From Monodelphis domestica (Eukaryota): a stretch of 64,000 bases of DNA. The position numbers and the translations under genes are program-made. Within the stretch, counting starts at the first letter, position 1. Every line of letters starts with the position of its first letter. This document shows positions 42,590 to 56,300 of this stretch, one piece after another. The stretch covers positions 136,177,080 to 136,241,079 of the forward strand of contig NC_077233.1 in the NCBI RefSeq assembly GCF_027887165.1. The letters are read 5' to 3'. A model generated the notes under the pieces. The model worked only from the letters and a program-made list of their open reading frames with translations. It had not been told where the DNA came from and ran no database searches.

Positions 42590-44400
42590 AAAATAACTAA
42601 GTTATTTACTCACAGTTGTTCACTTCACTCTGCTTCAGTTTGTTTAAGTCTTTCCAGGTTTTTCTGAGCTCCTCTTGCTCAACATTTCTTTCAGCACAAA
42701 AATATTCCATTACTATCACGTATTATAATTTACTCAGCTATTCTTCAATTGAAAGGTATCTGCTCACTTTCCAATTCTTTGCCCGCATAAGAGTTGCTTT
42801 AAATGTGTGTGTATGTATACGTACATACATATATGTATCCCCTGCCCCTTTTTGGTTTTATTTCTTTGTGTACTACAAACTTAGTAATGGTATTGCTGGG
42901 TCAAAGGATATATTCTGTTTTATAGCCCTTTGGGCATTGGTCCAAATTGCTCTCTAGAACAACTGAATCAGTTTACAACTCCTCCAATAGTGCATCCATG
43001 TTTCAATTTTCCCACTTTCCTTCCAAGTTTTGTCATAAGCCAATATGACTGATGTGGGATGGAAGCTCAAAATTGTTTTAATTAGAATTTCTTTGATTAA
43101 TAGTGATTTAGAGCATTTTTTTTGCATGACTATGGAGAGCTTTAATTACTTTGAGAACTGTCTGTTCATATCTTTGAACATTTATCAATTGGGGAATGAC
43201 ATAATTCTCATACATTTGACTCATTTCTCTATGTAGTTGAATAATTAGGTTTTTATTAGAATTCTTTAAAATTTTTTGTACTTTTATAATTACTGTCCTA
43301 TTCTCCATTCTATTTTCCCCTGTTTAGTTTCTGACCACATCCCCCAATTTGCCCTTTTATCTATTAGCCCTGCACCACTTCTCTTATTCCCTTCTCCTCC
43401 TACTTTCCTGAGGAGTAAAATGGATTTTTATCCCTAATTGTGTATGTTCTCCCCAATTTGGATGAGAGTAAGGTTCCCTTCCCACATCTCCTATCTTCCC
43501 CTCCACTGTAAAGGCTCTTTAATGCTTCTTTTATGTGCAACAATTTATCCCATTCTTTTTTTCCCTTTCCCCTTGACCCAATGCATTCCTCTCTCACACC
43601 TTATTTTTATTTTTTTTAGATATCATCCTATAATATTCAACTGACACCCTTGCCCTCTCATTGCATATTACATCTAACTGCTCTAATGATAAAGTTCTTA
43701 ATCTTCCCATATAGAGATGTAAGCCTTATTGTCTTTTGATTTCTTTCTTGTTTACTTTTTTATGCTTCTTTTGCATTTTGTATTTGAGAGTCAAATTTTC
43801 TATTCAGCTCTATTCTTTTCATTAGGAATGTCTGAAATTCTTCCATTTCATTGAATACTCATTTCTCCCCCCCCCCAAAAAAAAATCATGCTTGGTTTCA
43901 TTGGGTAACTCTCTGATCCTTTAATGTAGGATCTGCTAAATCTTATGTTATTCTGACTATCAGTGTGGCTCCCTAATATTTGAATTATTTCTTTTTGACT
44001 GCTTGCAGTATTTTCTCCTTGACCTGGGTGTTCTGGGATTTGGCTATAATATTCCTGGAAGTTATCCTTTTGGGAATCTCTTTCAGGAAGTGATCAGTAG
44101 AATTTTTCAATTTCTGTTTTACCCCCTGGTTCTAGACTCCGTAATCTCCTTCTGAGCAGTTGTCTGACTCTTTACCATCTTTGACTGAGAGCCCCACAAG
44201 CCTTTCTAAGGTGATTCAGCTGCTCCCAAGGTCTGCTACTATAGTAGAGCCTGCCTTGGCATCTTGCTTTGAGTCCCACTCCCACCCCACTGCCCTAGAT
44301 CTTTCATGCCGTCTTCTAAGCTGGGCTGCAAAATTATTTCACCTTGTCTTTTTGTGGGTTGTGCTGCTCCAGAATTGATTTTAAGGTGTTTTACTGTAGT
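42590..44400 (-). mobile_element. L1 fragment in antisense orientation (ORF2 region)
   Basis: The antisense reading of 42700-42780 gives the conserved L1 ORF2 ...SPIDGHLGCFQ.LAI.N.AAMNI... segment, and antisense ...FDKNCWENW-like text follows. Confidence 0.6.
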
Positions 44401-47400
44401 TGTTTATTGGATAATCTTGTAGAGATAAGGTAGGTCTGTATACATTCTCCATCATTTTGGTTCTGCCCTGTGTGTGTAGTGGGGGTAGGTTTGTCCCAAG
44501 ATAATCCAATTCCCCAAATGGTCCTATGCTATTTGTTATACTCCAACTTTCAAGGTCTGCTCCCTTGCCTGATTTCAATGTTAGGGAACAAGTTCAAATC
44601 TAACTATTTTAATCTGTGTTTGTGGTCAAATTATAAGGATGATATTCTCTAAAGGGAGGATTAGACAAAGTAATAAGTAAAGATATAAAAGTTTTCTAAT
44701 TAAATGGAACAGTAAATTTTGAGAAAGCAACAGGAACTAAAATATATACATATGTATATGATAGACTTCCAAATGTATTTAGTATGGAAATTTTAGTAAC
44801 AAGTTCTCAAAACTGGATTAAGGATTTTACATATACAATTCCATTGAAATTTTAAAGAAAGTGAAATTATTTTCCCATTTTAAAGTATCTACCTAACAAT
44901 TTTAAAAGACAGAAAGGTTATTTTGCCAACTTAGACTCTCTTGAATTTTTCTGTAGATTCTTATATTAGGTACAAAGTTTAGGTAAAATAATTTGGCAGG
45001 ATTATCAGAGCGGTTTTAGCTTTTGCTGCTAATCTTGGCTCTGCTCCCTAGTAAAGTAATTTAGAACCAAAGAAGCAGTGCCTCCTTCAGAGCTGTCCTG
45101 AGAATGAGTCTTACTCCAGAATATCCAAGAGAAGATATTTCTGGGGTTCACATGAGTACATGGGACATCTGAGACATAAGACAAAATGTGATGATTAAGC
45201 AGACTTTTGAACTGGGTCTCTAGGATACAAAAGAAATCTGATGTGATTTAATACTGATAGTCCATATGCTTGAAATCTCAAGCTCTTATCTCCTCAGTTA
45301 TTTCAGATTTCACCCATCAAAGTTTTTGGGTAAAGCCAGTCAGAGAAAGGTCTCAGACCCCTGGATCAGCAGAGAAGCTTCATAGAAGATTAAGATGAGG
45401 TAGGATTTCCCCTTGATTTCAAATTCTTCTCTACCTCCCCAACCTTACCCTTTCTAACTTGGCTTTGACACTATCTTCCAAGCCACCCAGGCTTACAACC
45501 CAGATGCCATCTTTGACCCATCATTCTTACTTTCCCCCCTATGGGATCTGTTGCCAAGTCCTGACATTGCCACCTTTTGTGACATCTCTCTTACATGTCT
45601 AGTCCCCTTCTCTCCTTTGACACTAACTACCTTGGAAGAGACCCTCATCACCTTGTCTGGTCTTCCTGGTGGATCTCTGCCTCAAGTCTCTCCTCACTAC
45701 AGTCCATCCCAGACTAACTTCAATCATTCACCAAAGTGATTTTTCTAAAGTGCATGTAACCATGTTACACACCCTCTCCCCCACCGACTCAAAGTCTAAT
45801 GGCTCCCTATTACCTCTAGGATCAAATAAAAACCCTTCTGCTCGCCTTTGAAAACCCTTCACAAGTTGCTTCCTACAGTTCCAGTCTTTTTTACACTTTT
45901 CTCACTTCCATCTAACTCTACAATCTAATACACTGGCCTCTTGGTTATTCCTTGTACAAGACACTCCATCTCCTGAATTTTTCCTCCCTTCTGCCTAAAC
46001 TCATACCATCACCTAGCACCTGTTATCCAGAGGGTATAAAAAACCCAGAATCCACCCCCCCCCAGCAGTACCCACTCTCTCTGTCCTTCTAGCCAATTCA
46101 ACATGAATTCTAAATTTTTTATTTCTATTTCTAAGTCTTGCATTCTTGTCCTGAACTCTAGGGGTTCACCCCAAGGCACCTCATAACAGAATTAATGCTA
46201 GTAGCATTTGTGCCAATGTTTTTATTTCTGGGGGGCAGGTGTTTTAATTTGGCCTAACCAACAAATAATTATAATAGTTGGCAATGTATATTAGCTAAGA
46301 ACAATCCTCCTGAGCTTCCTCAATGCAATCATCTCCCTTTGATAGATGAGAAGGGCCTGAGGAAGGGAAATTTTTTTGCCCAGGGTCTTCTAGCTACTAA
46401 GGATCTGAGGCCAGATCTGAACCCAGACACCCCCCAGCTCTACCCACTACACCTCCTAGTTGGGAATAGGTCAGACTGCTTCCTGCTTTTCCTTAGGCAA
46501 GTCCAAGGGCTGGCCTAGAACCAGAATGAGTCAGGGACTAAAGAACCTGAGGGAAGGGTGGGTCCAGAGACACTCATTCCAGGGAGTACTTTGGTCCTAG
46601 TGGCAAAGTGACATTTCTGGGAGCAGAGGATCTCCTATCATCACTCTGAATTTAAAGGAGAGGAACAGTTAACTAAAATCACCCCTCAAGGCTCTGGAGT
46701 CACTTCACCCCAACTGCCTGGCCCTGAACACTCTTCTGCCTAGTCTAACACAGATGGTAAGAGTCAAAAAATGACCAAAAAAAAGGAATGAAAATTTCCC
46801 CATGGATTTGAGGCGTTGTGCAAGTTAAGTGAGCTCGGAGGACTGTTAAAATCTGTGGGTATGTGTGGCCTCCCCAGCATCCTCAGGTCTCATTTGGTAG
46901 TCCTAGAGCTCCCAGAATCACAGTCCTCCTTCCCCTTGGGAAAAGTGTTTCCATGAGGCCAGGCTGATCCCCAAAGTCAAACCCCTCCAAGGGGGAGGGA
47001 AAAGTGGGAGCTTGACCCTGACAGCCCGTGCTTTCCTCCTCGGTCCTGTCTGCTCCAGAAGAGATCTTAGATCAAGTGTGCCAGGGAGCCAAGAGGAAGC
47101 CTTGTCCAGTCTGTGCCAAGGACAGATAAGAGGCCAGGGTGGGGCAGTACAGGAAGGCTAAGCTCGGCTCTAAAGTTCTTTTACCACAAATCCCCGGGGT
47201 AGGGGATTTTTTTTTTTTTAACCACAAATCCCACTTGGTAGGATGGGTCTTCTCAGAGGACCCCCAAAACTTCTTCCCAGCAGTACATCCCTCTTATTTG
47301 GACTGCTGCCAAGTGCCCTTTCCAGAATTTAAGGAGGTTGCCTAGGGAAGAGCATGTTCCTCTCCACAATGCCTAAGAGCCTTCCTTACTAGCAAGGGCA

Positions 47401-47552
47401 CCGCACGGAATACACGAAAGGCTGAGGGACCTGCGGATGGGAGACGGGGTGAGGACAAGCTCATCCGGGCCCGCTAAGTACACTTTAGGCTGCTGCTTCG
47501 TGAACATTTCCAAGGTCTCCAGGGCATCGGAGCCGTCTTCCACACTCACCTG

Positions 47553-47700
47553 GCCGTGTCCTAACAATCCTTATGGAAAGAGTGGGGCGAGAGGGGGCAC
47601 TTACGGCTGGGTCTCGGGGCCACTGGGTTGGGACTGGTTTCGACGTTGCCGACGTCTCATCCCTCTGAAGACTCCGGAATTTCCCCCCCCCCCCCCCCCC
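47553..47700 (-). other. MVP: Candidate MVP non-coding 5' exon and TSS region, abutting the PAGR1 3' end
   Basis: GC-rich island. Minus-strand donors occur at about 47552 (cag|gtgagt) and about 47604 (g|gtaagt). In human, MVP exon 1 is non-coding and lies next to or overlaps the PAGR1 3' end. Confidence 0.3.
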
Positions 47701-47716
47701 CCCCCCGCCCCACGCC
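47686..47716. repeat. Homopolymer (C)26 interrupted by one G
   Basis: ccccccccccccccccccccccccccgcccc sits in the GC-rich MVP 5' / PAGR1 3' region. Confidence 0.95.
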
Positions 47717-48138
47717 CGCTTTTTATGGACTTCCTGGTAGACGAGCCCAAGCACGTGGAGGGGTGGGGTTGGAGCATTTAAAGAGCCCACAGCGAGAGTC
47801 TGTGGAAGGGCTGCCTCCGGCTCTCCTGCGGCGGGACCCTTAGGAAGTTCCCGGCGCTCCCTCCCTCCGCTAGGTTTCATAACCTCCCCCTCTTTTTGGG
47901 GGTGGAGGGAGACTGGGAGGAAGAGCCAGGGCTTTTTGGAAGATAAGTCTCTTGAACCCAACTCCCGAGGAATCCTGGGGGGCTTATTTCTCCCCGCCTG
48001 CAGGAACAGCAAAGCTGCCAGAACTTCTGCGGTTCCCTCCGCAGCAAGGAGCCCTCCTCTGTAGCCAGCGGATAAAGGGGAGTGGTGAGGGGGACTAGCT
48101 GTCTGTATAGATACAAGTCTTTATTTATGTTGGCCTAA

Positions 48139-48144
48139 AAAACC
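48139..48144 (-). other. PAGR1: Probable PAGR1 poly(A) signal (AATAAA on the minus strand)
   Basis: Plus-strand tttatt at 48139-48144, about 160 nt downstream of the PAGR1 stop. Confidence 0.45.
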
Positions 48145-48299
48145 TCTGGATGTAACTGCTCAGTTACAAAAACACAGCCACCGAAACACAGTCCACCCCA
48201 CCACTTTGCTCTCCTCCAGCCGCTAGCTTCTTCTCCAGCCGGCCTCGTGCCAGGCTCGCTCACGGTCTGGGGGGCTGCAGGGGGGAGTCCCCTGTTCCC

Positions 48300-49832
48300 T
48301 CAGTATTTGCGCTGCCTCAAGAAGAGCCCTCCTCCGGTGGGTCGGACGGGAGTGGTCGAAGGCGAAGGGTCTTCCGAGTCTAGGCTAAAGAGATCTCGGC
48401 CAGTCCTGAGGATCTGCTCCTCCAGCTTCTTGTGCCGCTTCATGTCCGACAGAACCTTGTCGAGGCGGGCCTCGCGCTTCTGGCTCCGGGCCGAGCTCCC
48501 TGGAGGACCGCACGGGATGGGAAGACTGAGGACCAGTGCCCACTGCCCCACTACCGCTAGGAGATCCGGGGAGTCGCTAAACTCGATTACACAAACTCCA
48601 CTGCTCTGGGGAATGGGCCCTTGGCCCTAAGCCTAGCGGGCCTAGAGGGGAAGAATGATCTGAACTTCCCACCTGCTCCCCTCCCCTTCAGTTTCCACAT
48701 AAGCTTCCCAACTCCGTACCTGGGGTACGTCTTCTGTCAATCAGAGAATCCTTGGGCGTCATGGGCTCATCATCGAAGTCAAATTCTGTGGGCACATGAG
48801 GTCTGGGACCCGGCAAAAAGAGAGAGAGGCTGTGGGCAACTTCTTTGGTTAAACATACCCCAACTGCTGAGGTGGGGACAAGGGGGGTGGGGGCAGAACT
48901 GAGGGGCCAGAGAGGTCCCCCTCAGCTTTTTTTCTTCAACTTGCTTCCGGGGTTTCTTTTTCTTCTCTGCCCTTTAATTCCTTCCTGCTCAGTTTATTCC
49001 TTGGCCTCCCAACCCCTTCATCTTTCCTTAGGCATTCATCCTACTTTACTGGTAGTGAAGTGGATAGAATATTGGGCCTGGAGTTAGGAAGACCCGAGAT
49101 CAGATGAAATCTCCCGCCCTTACCAGTTGTGTGACACTTAACCACTGCCTCCCTCAGTTTCCTCGTCTGTAAAATGGGGATCATAAAAGCACCTGCTTCC
49201 CTCAGGATCAAATGAGGTAATATTTGTAAAGCACATAGTGAATACTCTATAAATGAAAGCTATTGTCAGTTGTAGCCCATTCCCTCCCATCCCTTGGTAC
49301 CCAAGAGCAGGAGGCTGCCTCACTCAACTCACTTTTCCTCTTCCTCCTCCTCCGCCTCAGGCTCTTCATCTGATTTTTCTTCCTCACTCTGGACTTCTGG
49401 AGTGGGAGGCCTGCGGGGTAGAACCTCAGCCTGGAGCTCCAGAGTCCCATGGGTAGCCAGCAGCTCATAGAGCTTTCTAATTTCTGCAGGGGGTGGCATC
49501 CAGGGTTCCCCATCCTGGGGTAACTCTAGCTCTTCATCGCTGCAAGGCACACACCAATCTTCCTTTCCCTCATCTTCTTCATCATCTTCTTCTTCCTCCT
49601 CTGAGGTACCCGTTGGCTCTACCTGTGCCTCTTCAAGGACTGGTTCCTCAGCTTCCACCTCCACCTGGACTTCTTCTCTGGCCCTTTCCCTTCCCTCCTC
49701 CTCCACCTCTTGGGTCGAGTCAGTCCGGGCAGGGGCCCCCGCAGGGTCCTCCACAGCCAAAGCTTCCAGGCCAGAAGTCACCTCCCCTTCCCCTGGCTCC
49801 AACGCTGCAGTGGTCACCACCAAGGACTCCAT
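48300..49832 (-). CDS. PAGR1: PAGR1 (PAXIP1-associated glutamate-rich protein 1, PA1), complete 3-exon CDS, about 260 aa
   Basis: Exon 1 is 49333-49832 ([29 protein letters not shown]...[76 protein letters not shown]+aa, donor aa|gtgagt). Exon 2 is 48720-48802 ((K)[27 protein letters not shown]+g). Exon 3 is 48300-48499 ((G)[47 protein letters not shown]...LRQRKY*). The sum is 783 nt and the peptides match the recalled human PAGR1. Confidence 0.9.
49080..49260 (+). repeat. MIR SINE in PAGR1 intron 1
   Basis: ...ccactgcctccctcagtttcctcgtctgtaaaatggggatcataaaagcacctgcttccctcaggatcaaatgaggtaatatttgtaaagcacatagtgaatactctataaatg... Confidence 0.85.
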
Positions 49833-50149
49833 GGCCCTGGGCCAAGGCCCTAGAACCTCTGGGGAAGAAGCCCAACAATGACTGATAGCTTGAGAGTTTG
49901 AGGGCCTGGTGCCCTGGGGATAAGGGGGTGCGGGAGTCAATAGGGGATCACCAATTCCTAACGAAGGAGTAGGATCCGCTGGAGGGTTCTTGAGGGGATC
50001 TTGAGGCTGAGAGCAAAAGGGCTAGCTGCATCCCTCCCCTCTCCTCATTCCCTGCCAGTACCCCAAAAGCCTACACTGTGGGCTTTGGGGCTCTCCCCCC
50101 CAAGAATCTTAAAACGTAGGGGACAGGAAAAGTAATTTTTTACAAAAAG

Positions 50150-50760
50150 CCACGCCCCCATCCCCAATTTATAACGCCACCTCGAAAGAAAAGGCCACAC
50201 ACCTAGATGAGGCGGAGTCTTCAGCCTCTCTCCCCCTTGCCCCCCGGGGGTCAGACACGGACAGGACTGGGGGAGGGGCCGGTAAGCGAGAAAAGTCCAC
50301 GAGCGCGCGCTTTTCCCACGTTAACTCCACCCCTTCCCCACTCTCCGCTCCAGCGACCGCGGCGCGCGCATCCACGTGAGTCCCCTAGAAGTCGATCTCG
50401 GGACCAACTCCCACGGCCGTTCCACGTCGAGCCGCGTCCTTGCCCCTAGCGCGAGGAGGAGATCCGATACGCACCTGGTGCAGCACCCTTGCCCACCCCC
50501 TTCCTCACCCCCTAACTCCGATCATGGTAGGCGCATGCGCCTGGAGCAGGACTCGCCGCTCCAGGGTTGAGGGAAAAGCCCTGTAATGCTGCGGGTCTGG
50601 CGTCTGCCAGAAATTAAGATGGCTACCAAGGCAGCGCATGCGCACCGCACCAAAGATGCCTGGCGTAGACTCAATCGTCTCCTTGCACCTCCCCCTCCCC
50701 TCGCTCCATGCGTCCTGCTTTCTCGGAGCCTAGGGGACTTGAGGGTCTTGAGAGTGAGAG
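50150..50760. promoter_or_regulatory. PAGR1: CpG island, probably the PAGR1 promoter/5'UTR; it contains two perfect NRF1 palindromes GCGCATGCGC (50531-50540 and 50634-50643)
   Basis: High CpG density; gcgcatgcgc occurs twice about 100 bp apart, and aagatggc (a YY1-like core) lies at 50616-50623. Confidence 0.55.
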
Positions 50761-50779
50761 CAAATCACTAATCTCACAA

Positions 50780-51000
50780 GTTTCAGCATCGATTTAGGCT
50801 TTGCTAAGCGCTTTCTTCATCTAAATTCTAGAAGGCAGGCAGGGTGTGCATCATTATATCCACTTTACAGATGAGGGAAATGAGCCTCAGAAGGGGGGGG
50901 GGGGGGGCTACTAGGCAGCCGTTTGAGTACTGAGAGTAGTATGTGCCGAGGACCACCTAGGAACTGATTAGGAGGTGGCAGAAGCCGAGGCGAGAGGAAA
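50780..51000 (+). repeat. MIR-like SINE containing a (G)16 run
   Basis: ...atccactttacagatgagggaaatgagcctcagaagggggggggggggggctactagg... Confidence 0.6.
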
Positions 51001-51127
51001 GAGCCCCGGGAAGGAGCAGACGGACTGATGAAGCCGTGAGAGCCACATCTCATGCACAATTTCAATTTATTGGTGTTCAGATTCATGCAGCATCTTCCAT
51101 ACAAAAAGAGTAACCAGTTAGGTGATT

Positions 51128-51165
51128 TGTGTGTGTGTGTGTGTGTGTGTGTGTGACTTCTTTAG
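51128..51165. repeat. (TG)n microsatellite
   Basis: gtgtgtgtgtgtgtgtgtgtgtgtg. Confidence 0.95.
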
Positions 51166-51169
51166 ATCC

Positions 51170-52973
<1,804 letters not shown>

Positions 52974-53416
52974 TCACCAACAGCATTGAGGATCACAGTG
53001 AGGATTCAACAAGATGGCCAGAGTCAAATGATTCAGCATCCAGCCAGAGTATCAGTCAGGATAGAGAGGAGAGGGAAGAAGGAAAAGATGATAAATTATC
53101 GATCAAAGATAAACAGACACAACTCTTCTTTTCCTTTACCCCTCCCTGGGAATTAGAATGTCTTGGAAGAAGTTTCTGGGAAACAAGGGCCTGGGAGAGA
53201 TGAGACCAAAGGAGAGGAATAAGTGGAGAGAAACTAAAGGAAGTGGCCCAGGATTTTTTGGATGTGTGGGTTCTCAGGGCTGATAAGGAGGTGGCTCAGA
53301 AAGGACCCCCCATTCTCATCACCTTCATCTCTGGGTTTTCCAAATCATTTAACTGGAGAGACTTGGGTATTAAAGAAGCAAGGGCAAAGAGAAAGTGGGG
53401 ATTCCTAGAGACTCAC

Positions 53417-54358
53417 CATGATGGCATAAGCGAAAGCCACAATGTTGACAGGCCACATTGGGCAGAAACAAGATAAGATGGCGATGATGATGTAGTCACG
53501 AGGCTTTGGGATCCCTTCACCCCCCTCAACTCCTGGCCCCCCCAGCAAGGAGCTGGGCTGTCGGCTCAGGCTGCCTCTGGGGGAGCCAGGCCTTGCACCG
53601 TGCCCCCCAACGCCTCTCTCCTCATCTACCAGCTGCTGTAGCACCTTTGGGGGTGCCCCATTGGCTGGAGGGCCTTTGGGTGGAGGAGGAGAGTGGGGTT
53701 GAGGGATTGTGCCTTTGTCCCCCTCACCAGCCTTCATTGGCACTACTGCTCCATTTTCTTGTTTCTCCATTAGGTCCTCTGTTAGGTCCTCAGGGGCTGT
53801 TGAAATAGGCATTGCCTTTTGGACAGGAGATATAGGCTGGGGGACTGGCCTGATGTCAGACACTGGTTCCTGCTTGGCCTCCTGCTCTGTGGCTGGGCCC
53901 AAGACTGGAGAAGGTTCTTTGTCCACTTCTGGAACTGGAACAGGTTCTTTGCTTCCTTCTGGGGCTGGCTCTTTACTCCCTTCTGGGTCTGGGACAGATT
54001 CTTTGTGGGTTTCTGGTGTTAGCTGAGCATGTGAGTCTGCTCCACAGATTTGTTCTGCCAGTGAATTTCCTGGATCTAGTATGGAATTTGTGTCCTTGGC
54101 TGGGCCTGGGGTCCCTTCTAGGGCCTCTGAAGTTTTTATTGCTTGCTCAGGGGATGTCCCCACTTCTGGGCCTTCATCTGAGGGTCTGGTGGAATCTGAT
54201 CCTGTTTGGGAGGTTTCTTTGAAGTCCTGGGCCCCAGCTGGAGCCTGGGGAAGGACAGTCTCTGCTCCAAGAGTAGCTGTTCCAGTTCCTTCACCATGGG
54301 CCGAGGTACCCTCCTCATCCCCCTTCATCTCTGTCCCTTCAGAGCCATTGGATGCCAT
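53417..54358 (-). CDS. PRRT2: PRRT2 (proline-rich transmembrane protein 2) main coding exon; ATG at 54358-54356 is the first base of the exon
   Basis: [13 protein letters not shown]...[117 protein letters not shown]|gtgagt. The C-terminal half is near-identical to the recalled human PRRT2. Acceptor ctcaag|ATG. Confidence 0.88.
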
Positions 54359-55299
54359 CTTGAGATGGGAGAGGGAAGGAATTGGATAGTGAGGGGAAGG
54401 GAAGAGAGCAGCAACAGGAAATCCTGGAATAAGAAGAGACACAGCTGGTTCTGGGGAAGGGAAAGTGTAGCATATGGGACCCCAGAGAGGTTAAGCTGTC
54501 TGAATTGAGGTACCCCTGACTCAGAGATAGTGGACAAGTGCCATTGGATTCAGAGGGAGAAACCTCAAGAGGTCCATGCTCTTCCCTTTGAGCTTGAGGG
54601 CAGGCTAGTAGCTCTGGGTAAGTAAAGGAAAGAGCTGAGACTTTTCCTCCTAGTTGGGACAGCAATGGGAGAGGGGGAGAGTAAAGTGGGGAGGAAGGGC
54701 TGCCTGTAGGATTCTTAAAGTGAGGAAGGTGATGGGGTACCTTATAAAGTGAGATTTTTTTTCCCTTGACTCTCTGGGCTTTATAATGCTGGAGAGGCCT
54801 GGGTTAACTATTTGGGGACCAAGAGTAGAAAGCTAGCCTTCCTTCAGCTCTCCACTCACACCCACTTCCTTCAGGCCCCCCTCCCTGGGTGTCATCAAGC
54901 CATGGATAGAGATAGAGATGCAGACAGGCATATAGACAGCCCCAGATGCTGAGCCATAAGCAGGCATGCTGGCAGGCAGTGCCTTGCCTACCAAATACAG
55001 TCTCACAGATTCAAATGAAGCCCTTCCCAGGCAGATGGACACTTCCTTTCTGTCTTGCCCTGGCACCCTCCCCTCTTTCCTCCATTCCCCCTCAAACTGG
55101 TTCCAATCTCCTTCGTTTGATAACTCTCCATTCCTTCTTCTTCTCTTCCCTCATGCATCCTCCCTCCCTCCCCAAAAGCTCAGACTGGTGGTTTTCTTAC
55201 TGCGTGTGTACGGAGCCCCCACCCCCAGGGAAGGGGGAATCCCTTCCTTATCTCTCTCCAATCCCTTCTCCCAGGGGAGCGCCACCCTCCCTGCAGCTT

Positions 55300-56300
55300 T
55301 TCCCTCAGGTCTCCGTGCCTTTCCATTCCCTCAACATCTTGGTTTCGTAGGTACCCTTTCCCCACAGCTCCTCAACTCACTATCGGGAGCCTGGGTACCC
55401 CGTGGCCTTCCCCCCTTCCTGCAGGGACCCCGCATTACTGCGCGGGGGCTGCATTCGCTCTTGCACCCTACATCATGCCTTGAATCCCTTCTACTTCTTC
55501 TTCCCGCCCCCCTTCCCCATCTCCCCATTCTGCAGCACCCTCAGCTCACCTCTTCTTTTCCCAGAGCCTTGGGGGCTGCTTCAGTCGCTGCCGTCGCCGC
55601 CGCCGCTGCAGCAGCCGGGGAGCAAGCGAGCGAGCCAGCGAGCCAGCTAGGAAGCGAGGCAGCGGTCCCCCCCTCCCTCCTTCCACCCCGCCTTGCGCGC
55701 GCCGCCCCCGCCCCCTGCACTCCATCGCCTCCCCTCCCATCCTGGACCCGGGGGAGCCTCGCGCGCCGGGGCCCTGAGTTACCCTGGCAACCAGCAGGTT
55801 GCCTCGCGCCCCCACCCCTTCTCACCCAGCGACCCCCAAGGCCCTCGCGCCCCACTCCGGGCCAACGGTCATCGAACTTCCCCTCCCCCTCCCTAAGCTT
55901 GAAGGGCTGCGGTGCGGGGTGTGAGACCAGACGGGAGAGGCTGGCATGGGGGGAAGGGGAGAGGAGCCAGGGCTGTGTCCGGAGAGGGGGGCCCGGATAG
56001 GCTGCGGGATTAGGGTATGGGCAGTGGGAGAGGGAAGAGATCCACTGAGGAGCTCGAGAGGGGTCCCTTCCCCCCCCCTCCCCAAAGGTGGACCAGGGGC
56101 AGCCCGAAAGGGCCGGAAGAGAGAAGGGTCCGAGAAGTTTTAAGGAGGGGGAGGTGGGGCGCAGGTAAAGAGGCTGCGAAGGAGCACCTCAGGGAAGGCT
56201 GGTAAGCGTCCGGGTAGGTAAAGGCAGGAATAGGTGTCGATAGGGGCCAACTGCAACTTCCCTTCTTCATTGGCCCCACCCACCTACGGTCCTGGGGCTC
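55300..56300. promoter_or_regulatory. PRRT2: CpG island (PRRT2 promoter)
   Basis: Dense CpG and GC content (gcgcgcgccgcccccgccccctgc...). Confidence 0.55.
55549..55700 (-). other. PRRT2: Candidate PRRT2 non-coding exon 1 and TSS inside a CpG island
   Basis: Minus-strand donor gaagag|gtgagc at about 55549 follows the GC-rich gcagcggcggcggcgacggcagcgactgaagcag...; human PRRT2 exon 1 is likewise non-coding. Confidence 0.4.

Noticed and set aside
47485-48012. A 175-aa minus-strand ORF in the GC-rich block between MVP and PAGR1
   Set aside because: It is low-complexity (poly-G/poly-P from the C26 homopolymer) and sits in promoter/UTR sequence.
53506-54508. Plus-strand ORFs antisense to the PRRT2 coding exon
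   Set aside because: They sit opposite a well-supported PRRT2 exon, and their frames stay open only because of the GC/Pro-rich sense strand.
54966-56000. A 344-aa plus-strand ORF (P/S/L/A-rich)
   Set aside because: It lies entirely in the GC-rich PRRT2 promoter CpG island, has low-complexity composition, no splice or domain logic, and overlaps antisense to the promoter. It is an artefact of GC-rich sequence lacking stop codons.
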